64,000 bases of DNA from an uncultured Chloroflexia bacterium (GTDB taxonomy: Bacteria > Chloroflexota > Limnocylindria > QHBO01): assembly GCA_963750025.1 (NCBI GenBank), contig CAVVPF010000007.1:95661-159660 (forward strand), in the 5' to 3' direction. A program made the position numbers and the translations under genes. Under the pieces are notes generated by a model. It made no database searches. It saw only the letters and a list, made by a program, of their open reading frames with translations, and was not told the origin of the DNA. Shown in pieces: positions 51,391 through 59,273 of the stretch (the first letter of the stretch is position 1; the number at the start of each line of letters is the position of its first letter).

Positions 51391-52822
51391 GCGTCTCCAG
51401 AAGCTTATGGCCCGTGCCGGGGTCGCCTCGCGGCGCGGCGCGGAGGCGCTCATCGAAGCCGGCCGGGTGATGGTCAACGGACGTGTGGCCACCATCGGGG
51501 AGAGCGCCGATCCGGCCAGCCAGAGGATCGAGCTGGACGGAGTTCCGCTGGGCGCGGCGCAGGCGACGGTGCACTACGCGGTCCACAAGCCGCGCGGCTA
51601 CCTGTCCTCCGCGCAAGCGGAGCGTGGGCACCGCTCCGTGGTCGAGCTGGTCGGTCCCCATGGCGGATCACGGCTGTGGCCGGCCGGCCGCCTCGACCTC
51701 GATTCGGAGGGGCTCATGATCCTGACCAACGACGGGGCCTGGGCGAACCGCGTGCTGCATCCGCGCTACGGCCTGGAGCGTGAGTACGCCGTGCTGCTGG
51801 ACGCCATGCCATCCGACGCTGAGCTGAGAACCTTGTTGGACGGGGTGGAACTCGACGACGGCACGGCGCGCCTGCTGGCCGTTGAGCGCCGCGCTCCGCC
51901 GCCCGAAATGGCACCTCCTTCGCTGCTGGGGGGCGCCTGGCTGCGGACACGGGTGGGGGAGGGTCGCAAGCGAGAGGTGCGCCGTCTGTTCGCCGCCGTC
52001 GGACGACAGGTCGAGCGACTGGTCCGCACCCGGCTCGGGCCCCTGACCCTCGACGGGCTCACCGAGGGAGCCTGGCGCCCGCTTCGATCCGAGGAAGTGG
52101 AGGCGTTGGCCGGGAGGCGGCCGCGGGTTGCCGCGCCTGCCGCCCGACGCGCGCCGTTGACGGTCGCCATCGACGGACCATCGGGCTCTGGCAAGAGCAC
52201 CATCGGCCACGCCCTGGCGCAGCGCATCGGCGCGACCTTCGTCGACACCGGGCTGATGTACCGGGCGCTCACCCTGGCCGCGCTGGAACGCGGCATCGAC
52301 CCTGATGACGAGGCCGGGTTGACGCGCCTGGCGCGCGCCGTGCGGATCGAGGTGCGGAAGCCCCGCCGCGACCAGGCCGACCGTCGCGAAACGGTCCTGC
52401 TCGACCGCGACGACGTGACAGCCCAGGCTCGCACGCCGCGCATCGACCGGGCGGTCTCGCGAGTCAGCCGGCATGCCGCCGTGCGTGCGGCCATGCTGAC
52501 CGTGCAACGTGCCGCGGCGCGACGGCGCGACACGGTGATGGTCGGCCGTGATATCGGTACGGTGGTTGTGCCCGACGCCATGCTGAAGGTCTTCCTGACC
52601 GCCTCTGCCGTTGTGCGCGCCGCGCGGCGGGCAGCCGAGATGGGACGCCCCGAGCGCGGCGACCGCTACCTGGCCGAGATCCTCGAACGCGACGCGGCCG
52701 ACACCCAACGCCCGGTGGCCCCGCTGCGCAAGGCGAGCGGCGCCCTGGTGCTCGACACCGGCGAGTTGGATGTCGCCGCCTGCGTCAGCGCCATCGTCGC
52801 CGTGCTGTCCGGCCCGCGATGA
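51380..52822 (+). CDS. Single ORF fusing an RluB/RsuA-type pseudouridine synthase to cytidylate kinase
   Basis: S4 '[30 protein letters not shown]'; '[18 protein letters not shown]'; 'REYAVLL'; then with no stop '[35 protein letters not shown]' and '[13 protein letters not shown]', 'FLTAS..RA.RR'. Confidence 0.8.
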   Translation: MPAERLQKLMARAGVASRRGAEALIEAGRVMVNGRVATIGESADPASQRIELDGVPLGAAQATVHYAVHKPRGYLSSAQAERGHRSVVELVGPHGGSRLWPAGRLDLDSEGLMILTNDGAWANRVLHPRYGLEREYAVLLDAMPSDAELRTLLDGVELDDGTARLLAVERRAPPPEMAPPSLLGGAWLRTRVGEGRKREVRRLFAAVGRQVERLVRTRLGPLTLDGLTEGAWRPLRSEEVEALAGRRPRVAAPAARRAPLTVAIDGPSGSGKSTIGHALAQRIGATFVDTGLMYRALTLAALERGIDPDDEAGLTRLARAVRIEVRKPRRDQADRRETVLLDRDDVTAQARTPRIDRAVSRVSRHAAVRAAMLTVQRAAARRRDTVMVGRDIGTVVVPDAMLKVFLTASAVVRAARRAAEMGRPERGDRYLAEILERDAADTQRPVAPLRKASGALVLDTGELDVAACVSAIVAVLSGPR

Positions 52823-53493
52823 CCACCTGGTTCTTCCATCCCGGCGCGATCATGACCAACTGGCTGAAGTGGCTGCTGGGCGGCGGGCAGGTGGAGGGGA
52901 TCGAGCACGCGCCGCGCAGCGGGCCGTACATCCTGGTCGGCAATCACTGCTCGAATCTCGACCCGCCCTTTATTGGGGCGGCGGTCGGGCACGCCACTGG
53001 GCGAGTGATCTACTTTCTGGCCAAGGAGGAGATTCGACGCTGGCCGTTGGTCGGCTGGCTGGCCCGTTCGTCGGGGGTCTTCTTTGTGCGGCGCGGCGAG
53101 GGTGATCGGACCGCCCAGCGGATCGCGCTCTCCCATCTGGCCGCCGGTCGGCCGATCGGCATCTTTCCGGAAGGAACGCGCTCGCGCGACGGGCAACTGC
53201 GCGAGGCGAAGTCCGGGGTCGCCCTGCTGGCCATGCGCAGCGGCGTGCCGCTCGTGCCGGTCGGCATCAGCGGCAGCGGACGGATCTTCCCCGGACACAG
53301 CCGCTGGCCGCATCGATCGAGGGTGGATATCCGCATCGGTGAGCCGTTCTCGCTTCCGGCGCAGCCGGATGGACGCCTCGACCGCATGGACCTCGAACGC
53401 GGCACCGAGCGGATCATGCGCGAGATCGCAGCCCTGCTGCCGGAGGGCCAACGGGGCCGATATCGGTCCGCACCGATAGAATCGGACCCATGA
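52819..53493 (+). CDS. plsC: 1-acyl-sn-glycerol-3-phosphate acyltransferase
   Basis: 'LVGNHCSNLDPPFIG' (HX4D), 'IGIFPEGTRSRDG', 'VPLVPVGISG'. Confidence 0.85.
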   Translation: MTTWFFHPGAIMTNWLKWLLGGGQVEGIEHAPRSGPYILVGNHCSNLDPPFIGAAVGHATGRVIYFLAKEEIRRWPLVGWLARSSGVFFVRRGEGDRTAQRIALSHLAAGRPIGIFPEGTRSRDGQLREAKSGVALLAMRSGVPLVPVGISGSGRIFPGHSRWPHRSRVDIRIGEPFSLPAQPDGRLDRMDLERGTERIMREIAALLPEGQRGRYRSAPIESDP

Positions 53494-54368
53494 CCACCGT
53501 CACGCGAGCACGTCCCGAGGTCCGCATCGCCGAGCGCGCCGGCTTCTGTTACGGCGTGCGCCTGGCGATCGACAAGGCCAAGCACGCGCGCGACGAGGGC
53601 AAGGAGGTCACCACCCTCGGGCAGCTCGTTCACAACCCCGGGATCAAGGCCGACCTGTCCGACCGCGGCATCAAGACCGCAGACCTGGCCGACCAGATCG
53701 AGGGCGGCACCCTGGTGATCCGCGCCCACGGGGTGCCGGCGACCGACCTGGAGAAAGTGCGCGGCAAGCCCCACCTGGAGGTCATCGACGCCACCTGCAC
53801 CTGGGTCCTCCAGTCGCAGAAGGCCGCCAGGGAGTTGTCCGAGGCAGGCTATACGGTGTGCATCATCGGTCACGAGGACCATCCCGAGGTCAAGGGTGTG
53901 CGCTCATATGCGGGCGACAGGCACGTGGTGGTCGACGACATGGACCGATCCACCTGGGATCGCGTTCCGCACACCAAGAAGATCGGCGTCCTCTCGCAGT
54001 CGACCATCCTGCCCTACAAACTGGAGGAGTTCGCCGCCTTCTGCCTGCGCCGCTGCCACGACCTCCGCGTGGTCAACACGGTCTGCCCGGTGACCCTCAC
54101 CCGGCAGGCCGATTCGGTCGAGCTGGCCGCGAGCGTTGACGCCGTGATCGTGGTCGGCGGCAAGAACAGCTCCAACACCAAGGAGCTGGCCGTGAAGTGC
54201 GCCGATGTCTGCTCCGAAACGATCCACATCGCCGATGCTGACGAGCTGGAGGCCGACTACCGCGGCTGGCTGGCCGGCAAGGCCCGGATCGGGATCACCG
54301 GCGGCACCTCGACACCCGAGGTCGACCTCGAGGCGGTACGCGAGCGAATCTACGCGCTGGTCGGCTAG
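53490..54368 (+). CDS. ispH: 4-hydroxy-3-methylbut-2-enyl diphosphate reductase
   Basis: 'AGFCYGVRLAI', 'LGQLVHNP', 'VIRAHGV', 'DATCTWV', 'IIGHEDHPEV', 'LSQST', 'NTVCPVT', 'VVGGKNSSNT'. Confidence 0.92.
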   Translation: MTTVTRARPEVRIAERAGFCYGVRLAIDKAKHARDEGKEVTTLGQLVHNPGIKADLSDRGIKTADLADQIEGGTLVIRAHGVPATDLEKVRGKPHLEVIDATCTWVLQSQKAARELSEAGYTVCIIGHEDHPEVKGVRSYAGDRHVVVDDMDRSTWDRVPHTKKIGVLSQSTILPYKLEEFAAFCLRRCHDLRVVNTVCPVTLTRQADSVELAASVDAVIVVGGKNSSNTKELAVKCADVCSETIHIADADELEADYRGWLAGKARIGITGGTSTPEVDLEAVRERIYALVG

Positions 54369-54400
54369 GCGCCGTACCGGATGGCAGGCTCGTGTAAGCC

Positions 54401-54527
54401 TGCCGATGCCTGCCGATGCCTGCCGATGCCTGCCGATGCCTGCCGATGCCTGCCGATGCCTGCCGATGCCTGCCGATGCCTGCCGATGCCTGCCGATGCC
54501 TGCCGATGCCTGCCGATGCCTGCCGAT
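54401..54527. repeat. Perfect tandem decamer array (tgccgatgcc) x12 plus a 7-nt partial unit
   Basis: Read directly: 12 identical 10-bp units from 54401 to 54520, then 'tgccgat'. It abuts the 5' end of repeat element copy A. Confidence 0.97.
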
Positions 54528-54531
54528 CCGC

Positions 54532-54677
54532 AATTCTCAGCCTCGGAGGCTTACGGACAAAGAGCTGCGGCCGGGGGCCTCTCCGATAGACTGGCTCTCG
54601 GCCAGTGAGAAATACGCTCTGGCGGGCCGCGGAAGTGCTGACCCGCCTGCCATAAGCCCCCACGGCTGAGAAATAGC
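54532..54677 (+). repeat. 146-nt structured repeat element, copy A
   Basis: 'aattctcagcctcggaggcttacgg...ctctcggccagtgagaaatacgctctggcgggccgcggaagtgctgacccgcctgccataagcccccacggctgagaaatagc'. Same length and block structure as 56040..56185. Confidence 0.85.
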
Positions 54678-54716
54678 GCCATGACGGCGATGGGCCGGTG
54701 GCGTCGCGCCACTCAG

Positions 54717-55970
54717 TCACTGCGCCTGGCCGTTCGGCTCAATCAGTCGCCGCAGCCGGCGCCGCAGGACCTTGTAGGAGAGGCGCCGCCGGGCGATGTC
54801 GTAGTTGCGACGCGCAATCCGCGCCTGGCGCTGCGGGCTGGCCAGTACCGCGCGGACCGCCGCGACCGTCTCGTCGGTGATGCGCCCGTCGATCTCGATG
54901 AACTCCAGGCCAAGCGTTGCGATGTCCGCCACGAACACCGGGTATCGGTTCACCACCACCGGCCTGCCGTAGAAGATGGCCTCAATCAGCGCGTTGCCAT
55001 AGCCCTCGTACAGGCTGGGGTAGGTGACCAGGTCCGCGGCCAGGTAGGCGTCATGAAGGGTGTGCGCCGGGCCGAGGCGCTTGCCCTCCAGGTCCGGCTC
55101 GAAGCGATCGGCGGCGTAGCGGAGCCGCACCCCCGCGTACTCCGCCTGGCGCTCGAGCTCCACCAGGTAGTCCAGGCCCTCGTCGCCGGCCGGGCTGGTG
55201 ATGAGCAGGACCGCGTCGGGATCTCGCAGCCGCCCCACCAGCTCGATCGCCAGCTCGATGCCCTTGCGTGGCACCACCCGCGTCGGCTGGACGACCAGTA
55301 GGCCGCGGTCGCCCATGCCCAGCTCGGCGCGCATCCGGCGCCGCATGGCCGGATGGGGGCGTGGCCGCGGCCGCTCGAAGTCGAAGACGTTGGGCACGAC
55401 CATCGAGTCCAGACCGCGGCGCACGCGCAGCTGGGCTGCCGCCAGGCTGTTGATGCTCACGTGGCGGACGTTGGGCAGATCCGGCGGAAAAGCCTCGTCC
55501 AGGAGCTCCGGCACCACGCAGTCCTTGAACCGCTCCCGCTCCCACCAGTAGTCGTGGTGGTGGCCGATGGCCGGGATCCCGCGCCGCTCGACGATCCGTC
55601 GCAGCGCCAGGCCGAGCGGAATGTGCATCGGGATGGCCCACGCGTTCTCGACGATGAGCTGCTCGAGGTGCTGCGACTCGATCCAGCTGTCCAGCACGGG
55701 AATCAGCAGGTCGGCCAGTCGCTCGATCTCCGCCCGGACGGCCACCGCGTCGCTGTCCGGGTCGAAGGCGGCGGCGGTGACGCGGGCGGCGGGCGGCCAG
55801 GAGAAGTGCATCGGCGGCACCAGGCGTGCGCTGGCGCGCAGGGCGTCCACCTCGCCGGCGCACAGGCGGATCTCGTGGCCCATGCGCTCGAGCGCCATCT
55901 CCCACTTGGAGGTCTCGAAGGTGACGCCGTCGACCCCGGCCAGGCGGGTGGACACGATCCCGATGCGCAT
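54717..55970 (-). CDS. GT-B fold glycosyltransferase (GT4 / group-1-like)
   Basis: ATG at 55970. 'MRIGIVSTRLAGVDGV', 'GHHHDYWWERERF', 'VQPTRVVPRKGIELAI', 'YPSLYEGYGNALIEAIFYGRPVVVNRY'. Acceptor specificity unknown. Confidence 0.8.
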   Translation of the reverse strand: MRIGIVSTRLAGVDGVTFETSKWEMALERMGHEIRLCAGEVDALRASARLVPPMHFSWPPAARVTAAAFDPDSDAVAVRAEIERLADLLIPVLDSWIESQHLEQLIVENAWAIPMHIPLGLALRRIVERRGIPAIGHHHDYWWERERFKDCVVPELLDEAFPPDLPNVRHVSINSLAAAQLRVRRGLDSMVVPNVFDFERPRPRPHPAMRRRMRAELGMGDRGLLVVQPTRVVPRKGIELAIELVGRLRDPDAVLLITSPAGDEGLDYLVELERQAEYAGVRLRYAADRFEPDLEGKRLGPAHTLHDAYLAADLVTYPSLYEGYGNALIEAIFYGRPVVVNRYPVFVADIATLGLEFIEIDGRITDETVAAVRAVLASPQRQARIARRNYDIARRRLSYKVLRRRLRRLIEPNGQAQ

Positions 55971-56000
55971 CGGGCCGATACTAGCCGGGACCCGAGCCCA

Positions 56001-56030
56001 CCGGTGCCCGCCGGTGCCCGCCGGTGCCCG
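56001..56030. repeat. Tandem decamer (ccggtgcccg) x3
   Basis: Three exact units, 31 nt upstream of the glycosyltransferase start and immediately 5' of repeat element copy B. Confidence 0.9.
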
Positions 56031-56039
56031 CCGACCGAT

Positions 56040-56185
56040 AATTCTCACGCTCGGAGGCTTATGCCGAAGGCGCGGTCGTCAGCGACCTCCGCGACAGCCT
56101 GCCTCTCAACCTGTGAGAAGAACGCTCCTGCGGGCCGCGGATCAGCTCACTCGCTTGCCATAAGCCCCCGCAGCAGAGAAATAGC
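56040..56185 (+). repeat. 146-nt structured repeat element, copy B
   Basis: 'aattctcacgctcggaggcttatgcc...ctctcaacctgtgagaagaacgctcctgcgggccgcggatcagctcactcgcttgccataagcccccgcagcagagaaatagc'. Confidence 0.85.
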
Positions 56186-56275
56186 GGCCAGTCGCCCGCG
56201 AGTCGACAGGATCCCGATACCCATCGCGCCGACGTCGCCCGGGACCCGAGCCCGCTGAAGGCTACACTCGGAGTC

Positions 56276-57727
56276 ATGCCCTCCCTGCCCGTCGTCGCCA
56301 TCGTCGGCCGCCCAAACGTCGGCAAGTCGACCCTCTTCAACCGCCTGGTCGGTCAGCGCGTGGCGATCGTCGAGGACATCCCGGGCACCACCCGCGACCG
56401 CGTCTACGGCACCGGCGAGTGGAACGGTCGGCGCTTCACGCTGGTCGACACAGGCGGCCTTGAGCTGGAGCCGGGGAGCGATCTCGAGTCGCGCGTCCAG
56501 GACCAGGCTCGCGTGGCGATCGAGGAGGCGGACCTGGTCATGTTCGTGGTCGACGCCGCGGTCGGCATCGCCCCGCTCGACCACGAGGTGGCCGACCGTC
56601 TGCGCCGGGCCGGCAAGCCGACCATCCTGGTCATCAACAAGGCCGACAACCCTCGTCGCGAGCACGAGGGGGCCGAGTTCTACGCCCTCGGCTTCGAGCC
56701 GACGATCACCGTCAGCGCCCAGCATGGCCGGAGCACCGGCGACCTGGCGGACTTGCTGGTCGACATGTTGCCGCCCGCGCAGCCGGACGAGGCAGAGCCG
56801 GAGGCATCGGTCTATGACGATCGGGATCTCGGCGAAGGCGACCTTGCGGAGCTGGCCGAGACGGAGATGGGGCCGCCCCGGGTGGCCGTCGTTGGGCGGC
56901 CCAACACGGGGAAGAGCACCTTCGTCAACCGCGTGCTCGGCGAAGACCGGATGATCGTCTCGAAGCTGCCCGGCACCACGCGCGACCCGGTCGACTCGGC
57001 GGTCATGGTCGACGGCGAGCCAATGATCCTGATCGACACTGCCGGCATCCGACGGCGCGGCTCGATCGACCGAGGGATCGAGCGCTACAGCGTGCTGCGG
57101 GCGATGAAGGCGATCGAACGGGCCGACGTGGCGGTGGTGATGACCGATGCCGTCGAGGGCTACACCGCGCAGGACGCCCACGTGGTCGGCCACGTGCTGG
57201 AGGCGTTCAAGGGGATCGTCCTCGTCATCAACAAGTGGGACGCCCTCGAGAAGGATGGCCACACCGCCGACGAGTGGCTCCACAAGCTGCGCCGCGAGGC
57301 GCCCTACCTGGCCTGGGCCGACATCGTCTTCGCCTCGGCGCAGACCGGGCAGCGCGTCGATCGCATTCTGCACGAGGCGCGCCGAGTCGCCGAGGAACGC
57401 TATCGGCGCGTCTCAACCGGTGAGCTCAATCGGCTCGTCAGCGATGCGGTGCGCGAACACCCGCCGGCGCATGTGCGCAATCGGCTGCCGAAGGTGCTGT
57501 ATGCCACCCAGGTCGCGGTGGCGCCCCCGACCTTTGTGATCTTCGTCAACGACCCTGAGCTGATCCACTTCAGCTACCGGCGCTACCTGGAGAACCGGAT
57601 CAGGGCCGAATACGGCTTCCTGGGGACACCGCTCAAGCTCATCTTCCGGGCGCGGGTGTCCGAGGAGTCCGCTCGGCGCCCCTCCCGACCGCGCCGTGCA
57701 TCGCGTGCGTCCCGCTCCCGCCGCTAA
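56276..57727 (+). CDS. der: Ribosome biogenesis GTPase Der (EngA)
   Basis: Two G domains: 'VAIVGRPNVGKSTLFN', 'DTGG', 'NKAD' and 'VAVVGRPNTGKSTFVN', 'DTAG', 'NKWD'. C-terminal KH-like domain. Confidence 0.95.
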   Translation: MPSLPVVAIVGRPNVGKSTLFNRLVGQRVAIVEDIPGTTRDRVYGTGEWNGRRFTLVDTGGLELEPGSDLESRVQDQARVAIEEADLVMFVVDAAVGIAPLDHEVADRLRRAGKPTILVINKADNPRREHEGAEFYALGFEPTITVSAQHGRSTGDLADLLVDMLPPAQPDEAEPEASVYDDRDLGEGDLAELAETEMGPPRVAVVGRPNTGKSTFVNRVLGEDRMIVSKLPGTTRDPVDSAVMVDGEPMILIDTAGIRRRGSIDRGIERYSVLRAMKAIERADVAVVMTDAVEGYTAQDAHVVGHVLEAFKGIVLVINKWDALEKDGHTADEWLHKLRREAPYLAWADIVFASAQTGQRVDRILHEARRVAEERYRRVSTGELNRLVSDAVREHPPAHVRNRLPKVLYATQVAVAPPTFVIFVNDPELIHFSYRRYLENRIRAEYGFLGTPLKLIFRARVSEESARRPSRPRRASRASRSRR

Positions 57728-57772
57728 CGCGCGTACCGAGCCTTGCTGCCGACGGCTGCTATCGTGCCCCAC

Positions 57773-59017
57773 ATGACCGGACAGAACGGCAACGCCAAGG
57801 CGTTGCCGCGGATCCTCGTGTACACCGGCAAGGGTGGGGTCGGCAAGACCAGCGTGGCGGCGGCCACGGCGCTGGTCTGCGCTGCGCGTGGCTATCGGAC
57901 GATCGTGCTGTCGACCGACATTGCGCACAGCCTTGGCGACGTCTTCGGGGTCGAGCTGGGGCCCGAGCCGATCGAGATCGCGCCGAACCTGTACGGCCAG
58001 GAATCGGACGCCTTCTTCAACGTGGCGCGCTACTGGGGGCAGATCCAGCAATACGCCAGCAGCGTGCTGCGCTGGCGCGGCCTGGACGAGGTGCTGGCCG
58101 AGGAGATGACGGTGCTGCCGGGCATGGACGAGGTCGGCAGCCTGCTGTGGATCGCCGAGCACCATGACTCGGGTAACTACGACGTGATCGTGGTCGACGC
58201 GGCGCCGACCGGCGAGACGCTGCGCCTGCTCTCGCTTCCTGAGGCAGGCAAATGGTGGATGGAGAAGATCGAGCCGATCGGGCGGCGCATCAGCAAGCTG
58301 ACAGGCCCGTTGATCCAGCGGTTCGTGGGGATGCCGATGCCCGGCGACGACGTCTTCAACGCCGGTGAGGAGCTGTTCCGCAAGCTGGAGCACATGCATG
58401 ACCTGCTGACCGATCCCGATCGGAGCTCGGTCCGCGTGGTGCTCACCCTGGAGCAGGTGGTGATCAAGGAGGCGGAGCGCTCGTTCACCTACTTCCACCT
58501 GTATGGCTATCCGACCGATCTGGTCGTCGCCAACCGGGTCCTGCCCGACGAGGTGGGTCCCTATTTCCGCGGCTGGTACGAGGCGCAGCAGCGTTACGGT
58601 CCGATGGTCGAGCAGTCATTCGCGCCCATTCCGGTGCTGCAGGCACCCTTCTTCGACCGCGAGGTGGTCGGCGTGGCGATGCTCAGCCAGTTAGGGGCGG
58701 CCCTGTATGGCGATACCGACCCGACGGTACACTTCTACCGCGGGCGACCCTACTCGGTGGTGCGGGACGGTGAGGAATTCATCCTGTCGGTGGAGCTGCC
58801 GTTCGCCATGAAGGAGGAGATCTCGCTGACCCGTCATGCCGACGAGGTGATCATCGAAGTCGGCAGCTGGCGGCGCAACGTGGTGCTGCCGCGCGTGCTG
58901 GTCGACGCACCGACGCGTGGCGCCAGATTTGATGACCAGGTCCTGAGGATTCGGTTTGCGGCTCCGCCGCGGACCACGACTGGAGGTAAGGCACATGGAC
59001 GAGAAGACCACCGTTGA
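57773..59017 (+). CDS. ArsA/GET3-family ATPase with C-terminal HSP20-like domain
   Basis: 'ILVYTGKGGVGKTSVAAA' deviant Walker A; 'STDIAHSLGD'; 'VVDAAPTGETLRLL'; C-terminal 'FILSVELPFAMKEEISLTRHADEVIIEVGSWRRNVVLP'. Confidence 0.85.
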   Translation: MTGQNGNAKALPRILVYTGKGGVGKTSVAAATALVCAARGYRTIVLSTDIAHSLGDVFGVELGPEPIEIAPNLYGQESDAFFNVARYWGQIQQYASSVLRWRGLDEVLAEEMTVLPGMDEVGSLLWIAEHHDSGNYDVIVVDAAPTGETLRLLSLPEAGKWWMEKIEPIGRRISKLTGPLIQRFVGMPMPGDDVFNAGEELFRKLEHMHDLLTDPDRSSVRVVLTLEQVVIKEAERSFTYFHLYGYPTDLVVANRVLPDEVGPYFRGWYEAQQRYGPMVEQSFAPIPVLQAPFFDREVVGVAMLSQLGAALYGDTDPTVHFYRGRPYSVVRDGEEFILSVELPFAMKEEISLTRHADEVIIEVGSWRRNVVLPRVLVDAPTRGARFDDQVLRIRFAAPPRTTTGGKAHGREDHR

Positions 59018-59264
59018 TCTTGAGGCGCGCATCGAGGAGCTCGAGCGCCGCACGCGCCGCGGTGACAGCCGCGAGAGCATGGAGACCGCCTTCTGGGCGG
59101 TGATGCACAACGTCCTCCCGGAGGAGACGCGTCGCCACATGAAGGCCGCCGGCCGAGAGCAGCTGCTGGCCGCCCGCAGCTACCTCGACCACTGGATCGG
59201 CAAGATGGGCGACAAGCCGGCGACGGCGGCGCAGCCAGAACGCGAAACGATCGAGGTCGAGTAG
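58995..59264 (+). CDS. Small hypothetical helical protein coupled to the ArsA-like gene
   Basis: ATG at 58995 preceded by 'ggaggt'; overlaps the ArsA-like gene by 23 nt. 'DLEARIEELERRTRR' coiled-coil-like. Confidence 0.45.
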   Translation: MDEKTTVDLEARIEELERRTRRGDSRESMETAFWAVMHNVLPEETRRHMKAAGREQLLAARSYLDHWIGKMGDKPATAAQPERETIEVE

Positions 59265-59273
59265 CTGCTGGGC

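Noticed and set aside
54401-54527. Possible CRISPR array
   Set aside because: The units are 10 bp and directly abutting with no spacers, and no cas genes are in the window. It is a simple tandem repeat.
53904-54669. ORFs translating as 'IGRHRQASAG...' and 'CLPMPADACR...' repeats
   Set aside because: They are read-throughs of the perfect 10-bp tandem array in several frames. There is no start context and the array is not a multiple of 3. The same applies to 21392..21589.
54532-56185. Integron attC sites flanking a gene cassette
   Set aside because: The element ends ('AATTCTC' and 'GAGAAATAGC') do not fit the RYYYAAC/GTTRRRY core sites. No intI or attI is nearby, and the third copy is not associated with a cassette.
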